Assembly (NCBI GenBank): GCA_051251855.1
Contig: JBPOGI010000001.1
Coordinates: forward strand, 192,001 to 256,000
DNA length: 64,000 nt
DNA from: Roseibacillus sp.
GTDB taxonomy: Bacteria > Verrucomicrobiota > Verrucomicrobiia > Verrucomicrobiales > Akkermansiaceae
Direction: 5' to 3'
Positions within the stretch are counted from its first letter, which is position 1. Every line of letters starts with the position of its first letter. The translations under genes were made by a program, and so were the position numbers. The notes below the pieces were generated by a model. That model ran no database searches and had not been told where the DNA came from. It saw only the letters and a program-made list of their open reading frames with translations. Below, piece by piece: positions 1-9,578 of this stretch.

Positions 1-2
1 CC

Positions 3-233
3 AAGGCGGTGACGTTGTCGTCTTGGGAAGAAGTGATGGCTCTTGATGAGCAACACATCTGGACCGAAGAGACGGTGCGCGAGCGTTTCGACTGGGAAAT
101 GAAGGGGATGAAAGGCCAGAGTTTACACGCCGCAATCGTAGAAACGCGAAAAGTTTCGGAAACCTTAAGTATTGTCTATGAGAAAAGATGTCATGGCGGC
201 TGCCGGAGCTGGTTAGAGCTCGATTTTTCTTAG
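3..233 (+). CDS. DUF1802-like protein, 3' part (truncated by window start)
   Basis: Frame is open from the window edge; 'HIWTEETVRERFDW' and C-terminal 'GGCRSWLEL' resemble DUF1802. Confidence 0.6.
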   Translation, partial: KAVTLSSWEEVMALDEQHIWTEETVRERFDWEMKGMKGQSLHAAIVETRKVSETLSIVYEKRCHGGCRSWLELDFS

Positions 234-410
234 TTCATTAGGTTTCCAAGCGATTTCTCAGTCATGAAAATGGTTACTTAAGTGGCTTATTATCAGTAAA
301 AACTCCCTTTATTGTTAATTTATCTGAAAAATAATTGAACATTTAAAGTTTTCATGTCATAAAGGAGTTGTTGTTGGGATTGCTACCCCAGTATCAAACT
401 ACTTGTTCCT

Positions 411-1145
411 ATGAAAACTACCTCCAAGAAATTGGCTATTCTCGCGCTTTTGGCTGTCGTTTCGGCCTCGAATGCTGCCGAGATTCCTAGCGGAAATATT
501 TCCGCAGATGCTAAGCTCGTCTTAGCCAACAACGTGTATCCCAAGCTCGATTGGAATATCACCTACCCAAGTGATATCACCACGATTGTCACGGTGACTC
601 CTCCAGGAGGAATTGTGCCGAAGACGGACCTGACGCTGCATGTGCGTTGCTTGGCTGCTGATGTTCAAGAGCGTCGTGAGTATTGGAATGGTTGGAAGTG
701 GGTGGTGAGCTATCGTTATATCTCGGTTACGGGCTATGGCCGAAAGAACTCTAACAACTGGCGTCTTCTTTTCGACAATACTCAACCCTATGTGAATCCT
801 TCAACCATCGTTTGGAATGAGGAGCTGGAAGAAGGGGATGAAATCAAGTTTGCTTCTAAGGCTAATTACTCAGGTGGAAAGTGGTACTACAGCGGGGAGG
901 GGAGTTCCAACGTTCTTGTTCTTAAGAATGGTGACTACCCCCCGAGCTATGCCACCTGGGACACTCAGTCTACTCTTGGGACGCACATTGCCCCTTATTT
1001 AGATGAAAATGGTGCAGTTGATATCGGTCCTCGCGACCTGATTGTTGCCTTCGAACTCACTCATTCTATGAGCTCACAAGGTAGTTCTGGGGACATGCAG
1101 GACATGATTTACCTGCTGACGTTCCAAGAAGACGACGACATCTAG
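411..1145 (+). CDS. Secreted hypothetical protein with a DUF4114-like C-terminal motif
   Basis: Signal peptide MKTTSKKLAILALLAVVSASNA; C-terminal 'AFE...GDMQDMIYLLTF'. Confidence 0.75.
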   Translation: MKTTSKKLAILALLAVVSASNAAEIPSGNISADAKLVLANNVYPKLDWNITYPSDITTIVTVTPPGGIVPKTDLTLHVRCLAADVQERREYWNGWKWVVSYRYISVTGYGRKNSNNWRLLFDNTQPYVNPSTIVWNEELEEGDEIKFASKANYSGGKWYYSGEGSSNVLVLKNGDYPPSYATWDTQSTLGTHIAPYLDENGAVDIGPRDLIVAFELTHSMSSQGSSGDMQDMIYLLTFQEDDDI

Positions 1146-1176
1146 TCTTCTCGCAGTTCACTTCCCTACAAAAGTC

Positions 1177-1707
1177 ATGAAATCAACCTACTTTGCCCCC
1201 TCTCGGGCAGCTATCCTTGCGTCCTTGGGACTCCTCGTTGCAGCTGCAGCCCAGAGCAATACTCGACTCTCTCGTGAGGAGCTCATTGCGCGACGCGATG
1301 CGGCTAAGGAGCAATCTCTTCGCTTGCAACCAAAGGAGAGCGTGGAAGCTCAAGTTCATCCCTCGAAGTCTAGTATTTTGGACCGTTCGGTGTTGCTCGC
1401 CAATGGCCGCCACTGGACCTTCATACCAAAGGGGGCGGTTCTCTGTGCACCCGAGGTGCACAAGGAGCGAGTGAACGTATCGGAGGGAACAGGCCGGTAT
1501 ATTCCTTTTACTGAATTTGCGGCAAAGAATCGGGGCTGGCTGTCGACCTATAGCGTGACCTTGGAGCAAGCGAGGGGGAATACACCAATCTCCGAAGCTG
1601 TGCGCAAGGCTCTGAATGAAAGTGGTCGCGTGGTGATATCTGTCTGTAAAGGCGGCGCTATCACGACTCGTGCGCCAAGAATTCCCGAAGCAACGGCACA
1701 GAACTAA
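1177..1707 (+). CDS. Secreted hypothetical protein
   Basis: 176-aa ORF with signal peptide, 31 bp after the previous gene. Confidence 0.75.
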   Translation: MKSTYFAPSRAAILASLGLLVAAAAQSNTRLSREELIARRDAAKEQSLRLQPKESVEAQVHPSKSSILDRSVLLANGRHWTFIPKGAVLCAPEVHKERVNVSEGTGRYIPFTEFAAKNRGWLSTYSVTLEQARGNTPISEAVRKALNESGRVVISVCKGGAITTRAPRIPEATAQN

Positions 1708-1727
1708 ACTTTCGAAAACACCTTATT

Positions 1728-2945
1728 ATGAAACTTAAACTAAAATCTCTCGTCGCTGCCGGTCTGGTGATGCCTGGCCTCGCCTATGGGCAGCTTGGAT
1801 TTACCAATGTCATCGAAATGGTTGAGATGGGGCATAGTGACGAGCCCCCGTTACTTTGGAATATGTCAGGCACCATTGAGGCAGAGGGTGAGGGTGTCGA
1901 TGCTGGTGCCTACGTCCCTGAGGCTGGTGCCATCTTTATTCTTTCCACAATTCAAGCGAGTCCCTTCAAGGATTGGTTTTTAGATCAGGCGGCGGTGGGT
2001 GCGTACATGCCTCAAGCTGAGTTGGAAATTATCACCCATGATACGGTGTCATTGAAGCCTCGGACCCGATCTGACCAACCGATTCGGGTGAACGTAGATG
2101 TGTCTGGTCTCGATGAATCGGGTGATGAGGACGTTCAGCAAGCAGCCAAGGAAGTTATCCTCAGCTTGTTCTCTGAATCCTATCCCGAAGGAGAGTTCTC
2201 GCTGCCTGGAGGAGAAGTCTCGAGCGCTGCCCACACGCAGCTTTCCTTGGAAGGGAATGGAGAGTTCCCACAAAGCGCCGGTGATTTGACTTTTTACACG
2301 AGCCTGAGTCCCTCTGCGCCTGACCAAGCATATGGCGAGGAGCACTTCGTCGTGCGCTCATTAAGTGATGGTGCAATCGAAGGGACTGCTCTTGATCAAG
2401 AGCGGGTGGAAGTATGGCCAGTTTGGTCTTCATCGCAGACTGGTCTCCAAGACGAGGCATTTGTGCCTTACGAATACTCAGGAGTCATTCCCACTGTGAT
2501 TGGTCAGGTTGCCGGAGAACTGGAAGCCGATGAGACCTTTCAGTTGGTTGATGGCGAGGTGGGGTATGAAGAGAAGCCGCCTAGGGTTGTGTTCAATTGG
2601 TATAATCGCTACCCCTCATCGGAAGTGGCCCTTATTGTTAATGACGCCTCGATTCCCCATCCTTGGGGAGGACGGATTATTCAAGGCTCAAGACATTATC
2701 ACAACGGGGATGATCCCGAGGATTTGGATGATTTGATCTATACTCATATCGAAGAACATTGGGAGGGACTCTTTTCTGGCCAAGGTAGGTATGCTGTGTG
2801 GATGGTCACTAAGACTCCTGGTATTGGCTGGGAAGTGGGAGGCAAGACTACCGCTGCCGGCGGACTGCAGCCTGGTGGATGGGTTATTCCTATCATGCGA
2901 GAGGGTATCACTGTGCGTGCTTCCGTTCAAAGTTTGGCGGAGTAG
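1728..2945 (+). CDS. Secreted acidic hypothetical protein
   Basis: 405-aa ORF with signal peptide ending LAYG/Q, 20 bp after the previous gene. Confidence 0.8.
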   Translation: MKLKLKSLVAAGLVMPGLAYGQLGFTNVIEMVEMGHSDEPPLLWNMSGTIEAEGEGVDAGAYVPEAGAIFILSTIQASPFKDWFLDQAAVGAYMPQAELEIITHDTVSLKPRTRSDQPIRVNVDVSGLDESGDEDVQQAAKEVILSLFSESYPEGEFSLPGGEVSSAAHTQLSLEGNGEFPQSAGDLTFYTSLSPSAPDQAYGEEHFVVRSLSDGAIEGTALDQERVEVWPVWSSSQTGLQDEAFVPYEYSGVIPTVIGQVAGELEADETFQLVDGEVGYEEKPPRVVFNWYNRYPSSEVALIVNDASIPHPWGGRIIQGSRHYHNGDDPEDLDDLIYTHIEEHWEGLFSGQGRYAVWMVTKTPGIGWEVGGKTTAAGGLQPGGWVIPIMREGITVRASVQSLAE

Positions 2946-2984
2946 ACCGTTGTCTAAACAAGCTGGAGGCTTCATAAGAAGGGC

Positions 2985-3908
2985 GTGATCCAGCGTCTTT
3001 CCCTCTCCGAGCTTTCTTCCGTTGAGCGTCCGCTTTCGCTCGCGCTCGGTGTCTTTGATGGTCTCCATCTCGGGCACCAAACCGTGATGAAGCGGGCGGT
3101 TGAGCGGGCGGCGGGGAGTGGCGGTTTGGCTGGGGTTCTCACTTTTGAGCCTCATCCAATTCAGGTTTTAGCCCCTGAACGCGCGCCACGCCGACTGCTG
3201 GCGAGCTTGAAGCACAAGGCGCATTTGCTCCAAGAGTTGGGGTTGGATATCCTCGTGGTGGTTGAGTTTAACAAGGATTTTGCGGGTCAAGAGCCGGAAG
3301 CTTTTCTTGAGATGCTCAAGCAGGCGCCGCAGCTCTCTTCGCTGGCGATGGGGCTGGACTGGCGCTTTGGAAAAGGGCGTCGAGGGGATGTAGAGATGTT
3401 GGCTGCCTTTGGGGAGCAGAACGGTATCTTCATCGATGCTGTTGGCGCAGTAATGATGTCGGGAGAGCGTATTAGTAGCACCCGTATTCGCCAAGCGCTG
3501 CGCGATGGGAATTTGAAGGCTGCCGAAGAAATGCTAGGGCGGCCTTACTCCGTGATGGGGGAAGTGAAGGAGGGCAGAAAGTTGGGCCGGACTATTGGAT
3601 TCCCGACCGCAAATATTGTTCCGCAAGCTGAGCAGCTTCCGCCAGAGGGTGTTTGGGCGGTGGAAGCGCGCTGGACTGAGGAGTGGCATCCTGCAGTGGC
3701 AAATTTGGGCCGGCGCCCAACGGTTGGAGCGGAAGATGATCGCGTGTTGGAGGTTCATCTCTTTGATTGGGAAGGCGACCTCTATAGTAAGGAAGTGGAG
3801 GTGCGATTCCGTTCTTTCCTACGGGAGGAAACGAAGTTTGATGGTTTGGAGGCGCTTAAGAAGCAGATCGGGCGGGATGTAGAGGCGGCGAAAGAGTTCT
3901 TGAAGTGA
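2985..3908 (+). CDS. ribF: Bifunctional riboflavin kinase/FAD synthetase
   Basis: GVFDGLHLGH, ISSTRIR, GRTIGFPTAN, LEVHLFD motifs. Confidence 0.97.
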   Translation: MIQRLSLSELSSVERPLSLALGVFDGLHLGHQTVMKRAVERAAGSGGLAGVLTFEPHPIQVLAPERAPRRLLASLKHKAHLLQELGLDILVVVEFNKDFAGQEPEAFLEMLKQAPQLSSLAMGLDWRFGKGRRGDVEMLAAFGEQNGIFIDAVGAVMMSGERISSTRIRQALRDGNLKAAEEMLGRPYSVMGEVKEGRKLGRTIGFPTANIVPQAEQLPPEGVWAVEARWTEEWHPAVANLGRRPTVGAEDDRVLEVHLFDWEGDLYSKEVEVRFRSFLREETKFDGLEALKKQIGRDVEAAKEFLK

Positions 3909-4333
3909 TGAAGTGGCTTTGGCGTCAGTCGGCTCGCTGGACCTTAATCAGCGCTCTCTTACGCGAGCGGGCGGTGGTCTTTTCGCTCGTCATTTTCTCA
4001 CTGGTTTATCTCGCCTTCTCTCTGTTCGAAATACCAATCTGGCGCTGCCTCTGGAGAATGGTAACGGGGTGGAGGTGCCCGGGATGTGGATTGACGACGG
4101 GGTGTAAGGCGTTCTTGAGAGGTCAATTTGCGGAAGGGTTGGCCTGGAACTGGTTTGCTCCTTTCGTGTTGTTAGGTCTCGTTTTGGTGCCGGTGGTTTT
4201 GGCCTTGCCGCGAGAGTTTCGCGAGAGAGTGCTTCTGAAGATGGAAGCGTTTGAGAGAAGGACTCGTCTCGCGTTGATGTTTGTTCTTTTGCTTGTTGTT
4301 CAGACGTTTGCTCGGTTGGGGGGGTGGGCTTGA
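3908..4333 (+). CDS. DUF2752-like membrane protein
   Basis: C-x5-TGWRCPGCGLT motif plus hydrophobic helices; start overlaps the ribF stop. Confidence 0.75.
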   Translation: MKWLWRQSARWTLISALLRERAVVFSLVIFSLVYLAFSLFEIPIWRCLWRMVTGWRCPGCGLTTGCKAFLRGQFAEGLAWNWFAPFVLLGLVLVPVVLALPREFRERVLLKMEAFERRTRLALMFVLLLVVQTFARLGGWA

Positions 4334-4395
4334 AATGAATGAGCAGGACGTTTCTGAGACTCGAATTTCTTGAGATAATGAGCTAGAGTCTGGCC

Positions 4396-5091
4396 ATGGG
4401 TCCTCTTTTTGCCTTGGTAGTGATCGTGCTGGTGGCGTTGTTGGTGGTGCGTGTCGGGACGAACGCGCTTTTGTTGACGGGGGTCTCGCTACCAGTGGCT
4501 CGCTTTCAAGCCGCCTCGGCATTTTTTGGGGTCGGCTTTACGACCTCAGAGACTGAGATGGTGGTGAATCATCCGGTGCGGCGGCGTATTATTCTCCATC
4601 TCATTGTGGCGGGGAATATTGGCCTCACTTCGGCGGCAGCGACTTTGGTGATGAGTTTTGTCCAGAATTCGGATCGGGGGATAGGGCACGTTTTTTTGTG
4701 GGTCGTTGCCTTGGCTGTCGGGGTGGGGTTGGTGGGGTTGGTATTTAAGTTGCCGTTTATCAGTGAGCCTTTCGATCGTATGATGAGAGCTTCGCTGGAG
4801 AAGGCGGGGCTCCAGAATGCTGTCGATTTCGAACTGTTGCTGAAATTGCGAGATGGGTTTGCGGTTTGTGATTTTGTGATTGAGGAAAATCATCCGTGGG
4901 CCTCCAAGCATCTTCATGAAAGCCGTCCTGCTGATGTAGGTTTGGTTATTTTGAGTGTGGAGCGATCCGACGGAGAGTTCCTAGGAGCGCCGGATAAGGA
5001 TGCGCATTTGATGGCGGGAGATATGGTGACGGTGTATGGAGAAGAGTCGGCGGTGAAAGCTGCTTTGGAAGGTTTGGTCGTTGCTCCTTGA
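4396..5091 (+). CDS. Membrane protein with C-terminal TrkA-C (RCK_C) domain
   Basis: 'ARFQAASAFFGVGFTTSETE...HPVRRRI' N-terminus and a TrkA-C-like C-terminus. Confidence 0.8.
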   Translation: MGPLFALVVIVLVALLVVRVGTNALLLTGVSLPVARFQAASAFFGVGFTTSETEMVVNHPVRRRIILHLIVAGNIGLTSAAATLVMSFVQNSDRGIGHVFLWVVALAVGVGLVGLVFKLPFISEPFDRMMRASLEKAGLQNAVDFELLLKLRDGFAVCDFVIEENHPWASKHLHESRPADVGLVILSVERSDGEFLGAPDKDAHLMAGDMVTVYGEESAVKAALEGLVVAP

Positions 5092-5130
5092 GTTTGAGCT
5101 TTGCATTCCTAGGGGACCCGCTTGAGTGGA

Positions 5131-6459
5131 ATGATGATGAAGGGGAAAGAGCATTGGCTGATTTTGGGGGCGCTTGTGGTGGCGGTAGTTTTGGCTTTGA
5201 TTCTGCGGGCGATGCCAGCGGGAGCTTTTCCTGCGACCATCGTGGAGAGTTGCCGCTTTGTGGGGGAGCTCTTCAAGCTGGCGCTGCAAATGTTGATTGT
5301 GCCGTTAATTGTGACGTCGGTGATTGCGGGCATTGCTGGACTGGGCGGCATGGAGGGTTTTGGGCGATTGGGAGGGAAGACGTTTGGGTTTTATGCGCTG
5401 TCGAGTTTCCTCGCGATTTTGGTGGGGCTGGTTTTGGTGAACTTGACGAAGCCAGGTTTGGAGGATGGCAAGCCGAACGAGGTGATTGCGTCGGCCTTTC
5501 AGGACAGTGCTAATGTGGCTGGGCAGGCGGATCGAGATAAGATTGAGACGGCGTTGGGGAATTCGGATCGCAAGGCGACTGACTTTCGGGACTTATTTCG
5601 TAAGATGCTGCCCAAGAACGTATTTTCTGCCGCGACGGACAATGGGCAGCTGTTGGGTGTGATTACCTTCGCACTTTTGTTCGGGATTGCGATTACCAAG
5701 TTGCCTCCTACCCAAGGGCAGCCTTTGGGGGAGATGTTTCAAGGCTTAAACGATGTTATGATCGTGCTCACAAAGTGGGTGATGGCGACGGCTCCGGTGG
5801 GGATTTTTGCGCTCATTGTGCCGGTGATTTTTGACACGGGGTTAGAGTTGTTTGCGAAGATGGCAACTTACTTCGCAACTGTGCTGGGAGCGTTGGCGAT
5901 TCACTTCTTTGTGACGCTGCCGCTGATGCTGTTTTTTATGGGACGAGTAAATCCACTCAAGCATTTCGGGTCTATGAAGACGGCATTGTTGATGGCGTTC
6001 TCGACTTCGAGTTCGTCGGCAACGCTTCCGGTGACGATGCGCAATGTACAGGACAATGCGGGGGTCTCGAAGCGGACGGCGAGCTTCACGCTGCCGCTGG
6101 GGGCGACGGTGAATATGGATGGAACTGCGCTCTATGAGTGTGTTGCGGTGATATTCGTGGCGCAGGTGATGGGGATTTCGTTGGGCTTCGGGGAGCAGTT
6201 TGTGATCGTGGTTTCAGCCTTGCTGACGAGCGTGGGAGTGGCGGGGATTCCGTCTGCGAGTTTGGTGGCGATTTTGTTGATTTTGAAGAGTTCGGGAATT
6301 CCCAATGCGGAGGCGGCGGCGTTTGCTTTGTTGGCAGTGGATCGTCCGCTCGATATGTGTCGCACGGCGGTGAATGTCTTTGGTGACTCTTGTGCGGCAG
6401 TGGTGGTTGCTCGCTCGGAGGGGGAGGAATTGCCAAAGTTGGCTTTGGGTAAGGGCTGA
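5131..6459 (+). CDS. Dicarboxylate/amino acid:cation symporter (DAACS, GltP-like)
   Basis: AFSTSSSSATLP, GATVNMDGT and DMCRTAVNV signature motifs. Confidence 0.93.
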   Translation: MMMKGKEHWLILGALVVAVVLALILRAMPAGAFPATIVESCRFVGELFKLALQMLIVPLIVTSVIAGIAGLGGMEGFGRLGGKTFGFYALSSFLAILVGLVLVNLTKPGLEDGKPNEVIASAFQDSANVAGQADRDKIETALGNSDRKATDFRDLFRKMLPKNVFSAATDNGQLLGVITFALLFGIAITKLPPTQGQPLGEMFQGLNDVMIVLTKWVMATAPVGIFALIVPVIFDTGLELFAKMATYFATVLGALAIHFFVTLPLMLFFMGRVNPLKHFGSMKTALLMAFSTSSSSATLPVTMRNVQDNAGVSKRTASFTLPLGATVNMDGTALYECVAVIFVAQVMGISLGFGEQFVIVVSALLTSVGVAGIPSASLVAILLILKSSGIPNAEAAAFALLAVDRPLDMCRTAVNVFGDSCAAVVVARSEGEELPKLALGKG

Positions 6460-6552
6460 TTAGTTTTTGGTCCTCTTGTCTTTGGTCTCATTCGGCTAAT
6501 TATCTCTGAATCTGCGGTTGGATAGTTGGGGCGGTGCTGGTAAGGCTCGCGC

Positions 6553-7953
6553 GTGCGTTTGTTTGATTCCATGACCCGCGATGTGCGGGAGTTGCAGCCG
6601 GTTGATGGTGAGACCTTCCGTTTTTATTGCTGTGGGCCGACGGTTTATGGGCCGGCGCATATCGGAAATTTCCGGACCTTTGTGATGAACGATGTTCTCC
6701 GCCGCGTTTTGGAGGTAGGGGGGATGAAGACGTATCACGTGAGGAATATCACGGATGTGGATGACAAGACGATTCGTGATTCGGAGGCGGCAGGCGAGAC
6801 TTTGAAGGCGTTCACGGGACGGTGGTTGGCGCAGTTTCATGAGGATTGTGAAAAGCTAAATTGCTTGCCCCCGCATCTGGAGCCGAGCGCAGTGGAGCAT
6901 ATCCCACAACAAGTCAGGATGATCGAAGATTTGATTGCGAAGGGGAATGCTTATGCGCCGGGAGATGGCTCGGTTTATTTCAAGATTTCCTCCTTTCCTG
7001 AGTATGGCAAGTTGTCTCGGCTGGATACGCGAGAGTTGGATTTGGGCAAGACCCAGGGAGAGCGTGCGGGGGACCTGGCGGATGAATACGAGAAAGATAG
7101 TATTTCGGATTTTGTGCTTTGGAAGGGGCAGCGCGATGGCGACGGCGAAAACTTTTGGGAGAGTCCTTGGGGGCCAGGTCGTCCGGGTTGGCACTTGGAG
7201 TGTTCGGCGATGATTCAGGAGTATTTGGGTGATACCTTTGATCTTCATGGTGGGGGCGAGGACTTGGCCTTTCCGCATCATGAGAATGAGATTGCGCAGA
7301 GTCAGTGTGCCTGCGGCGGTGAGTTCGCGCGTCACTGGTTCCATGGAGCTCATCTGTTAGTGAATGGGAGGAAGATGGCTAAGAGTGCGGGCACGGTGTT
7401 CACGATTGCCGACTTGGAGGGAAAGGGATTTACGGCTTCTGAGGTGCGTTACGAGTTGCTGAGCGCCTACTATCGTAAGCAAGCCAACTTTACCTTGGAG
7501 TCTCTTCACGCGAAGAAGGAGGCGCTGGGTAAGTTGGCGAAGGCGGAGGCTGAGTTGCGCAAGAAAGCGGGAGAGAGTAAGGTGCCTACCTATGAGGAGT
7601 TGCTTGGTCTCTCGTCGTTTGGAGTTTTTGCAGAGGCTTGGGCTAAGTTGCAGGACGACTTGAATACGGCGGCGGCGATTGGGCAGGTTTTCATTGGGAT
7701 TAAAACGGCGGAGACGCGTGAAGATTGGTTGGGTCTGCATGCGGTATTGGCCGCCTTGGGATTGGTTTTACCGGTGATTGAGGAGGAAGGTTCGGTTGAG
7801 GTTCCTGATGAAGTGCGTGCGCTGGCGGAAGAGCGCTGGGCGGCTCGTTCGGCGAAAGAGTGGGCGAAGTCGGACGAGCTACGTGATGCTTTGAAGGATT
7901 TGGGTTGGGTGGCGAAAGATGGGCGCGAGGGGTATACTCTGGAGAAGCTCTAA
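6553..7953 (+). CDS. cysS: Cysteine--tRNA ligase
   Basis: CGPTVY, HIGN, GRPGWHLEC, FPHHENE, KMAKS. Confidence 0.97.
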   Translation: MRLFDSMTRDVRELQPVDGETFRFYCCGPTVYGPAHIGNFRTFVMNDVLRRVLEVGGMKTYHVRNITDVDDKTIRDSEAAGETLKAFTGRWLAQFHEDCEKLNCLPPHLEPSAVEHIPQQVRMIEDLIAKGNAYAPGDGSVYFKISSFPEYGKLSRLDTRELDLGKTQGERAGDLADEYEKDSISDFVLWKGQRDGDGENFWESPWGPGRPGWHLECSAMIQEYLGDTFDLHGGGEDLAFPHHENEIAQSQCACGGEFARHWFHGAHLLVNGRKMAKSAGTVFTIADLEGKGFTASEVRYELLSAYYRKQANFTLESLHAKKEALGKLAKAEAELRKKAGESKVPTYEELLGLSSFGVFAEAWAKLQDDLNTAAAIGQVFIGIKTAETREDWLGLHAVLAALGLVLPVIEEEGSVEVPDEVRALAEERWAARSAKEWAKSDELRDALKDLGWVAKDGREGYTLEKL

Positions 7954-8018
7954 GAGTCCCCGCTCCGATAGTGTCCTTCGCTCTTGCGGGAAGGGAGAAT
8001 TTCTATGATTCTCACCCG

Positions 8019-9005
8019 ATGAGTTCATTGGATATGTTGAGCCGACCCCGTCGCAATCGGAAGTCAGCAGGGATGCGCGCGATGGTGCGAGAGACGACTC
8101 TTTCGGTCAGTGATTTGGTATTGCCGCTCTTTTTTCATGAAGACGCGGAGGATGTGGCCATTGAGTCCATGCCGGGCTGCACTCGGTGGTCGTTAGAGGG
8201 CTTAGTGAAGGAGGCGGGGGAGGCTCATGCGTTGGGGGTTCCAGCGGTGATTCTTTTTCCCAAAATTGAGGAGTCTCTGAAGACAAGTGCTTGTGAGGAG
8301 AGCTTCAACTCGAAGGGGTTGGTACCGCGTGCCATTCGGGCTTTGAAGGCGGCGCATCCGGATTTGGTGGTGATGACCGATGTGGCGCTCGATCCGTACA
8401 ATGCGGATGGTCACGACGGTTTGGTGGTGGATGGTGAGATTCTCAATGATGAGACGGTGGAAATTCTTTGCCAGCAGGCAAAGGTCCAAGCGCAGGCAGG
8501 AGCCGATATTGTGGCTCCAAGCGATATGATGGATGGTCGAGTGGCTGCGATTCGGGAGGCACTGGATGAGGTGGGCTGTCAGAAGGTGAGTATTTGCAGC
8601 TATACTGCGAAGTACGCCTCGGCGTTCTATGGGCCTTTCCGAGGGGCGCTGGATTCGGCTCCTAAGGCAGGGGATAAGAAGACGTATCAGATGGATCCGG
8701 CGAATGCGCAGGAGGCTCTGCGAGAGTTGGAGTTGGATGAATTAGAGGGTGCGGATATTGTGATGGTGAAGCCGGGTGGGCCTTATCTCGATATTGTGAA
8801 GATGGTGAGTGAGGCCACGACTCTGCCAGTCGCTGTTTATCAGGTGAGCGGGGAGTATCTGATGATTCAAGCGGCGACGGCAGGAGGGTGGCTGGACCGA
8901 GAAAAAGTGATTTTCGAAAGCCTTTTGGGTATCAAAAGGGCGGGAGCTGATTTCGTTCTGACTTACTTTGCTAAAGAGGTGGCAACTATTCTTAAGGTTA
9001 GTTAG
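8019..9005 (+). CDS. hemB: Porphobilinogen synthase
   Basis: RPRRNR, APSDMMDGR, FYGPFR, YQMDPAN, MVKPG; Asp-rich DVALDPYNADGHDG site (non-Cys type). Confidence 0.97.
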   Translation: MSSLDMLSRPRRNRKSAGMRAMVRETTLSVSDLVLPLFFHEDAEDVAIESMPGCTRWSLEGLVKEAGEAHALGVPAVILFPKIEESLKTSACEESFNSKGLVPRAIRALKAAHPDLVVMTDVALDPYNADGHDGLVVDGEILNDETVEILCQQAKVQAQAGADIVAPSDMMDGRVAAIREALDEVGCQKVSICSYTAKYASAFYGPFRGALDSAPKAGDKKTYQMDPANAQEALRELELDELEGADIVMVKPGGPYLDIVKMVSEATTLPVAVYQVSGEYLMIQAATAGGWLDREKVIFESLLGIKRAGADFVLTYFAKEVATILKVS

Positions 9006-9428
9006 ATGAATAATATTTTTACTCAAATATTTGGAGCGTCTCGGAACGTCGTGGGTGGTGCTGAGATGGTCAGCCAAGGGGTAGAACAAGTTTTTGAGAA
9101 TCGAAGGACAGAGCAGGCTGCAAATCATGCTACCTCACAGGCGAATCGGGCGACGGAGCGTTCGGTGGAGGCTGAGCTGAATGTGGAGCGCTTGCAGTTG
9201 GTAACGCAGGCGATGTGGGAATTTTTGCGGGAGGCGACGGAACTCACGGATGCGGACCTTGAAGCGAAGATTCAGGAGATTGACCTCCGGGATGGGCAAG
9301 CCGATGGTCAAATGGCCCGTCAGATCGCGATTTGTGGTCATTGCCATCGAAAAACAGGGGTTCGAACGCATCGGAGGTGTTTTTACTGTGGAACGACCCT
9401 CGAAAAGCAGCATGTGGTTGAGCTTTGA
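9006..9428 (+). CDS. Hypothetical protein with C-terminal zinc ribbon
   Basis: ATG directly follows the hemB TAG; CGHC...CFYC motif. Confidence 0.7.
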   Translation: MNNIFTQIFGASRNVVGGAEMVSQGVEQVFENRRTEQAANHATSQANRATERSVEAELNVERLQLVTQAMWEFLREATELTDADLEAKIQEIDLRDGQADGQMARQIAICGHCHRKTGVRTHRRCFYCGTTLEKQHVVEL

Positions 9429-9578
9429 GGAGGAGAAGTGGAGCTCTCTCAAATAATGAGTCTGTTTCATCTCAATTGAGATGTTGATAAATATTTGGAA
9501 TGACTGTTGCTTCTTCTTGAAACCTCGGCGAATCGCGTCCATTTTGCGCGACCCTTCGCGGGGTTAAATTTTTTCATC

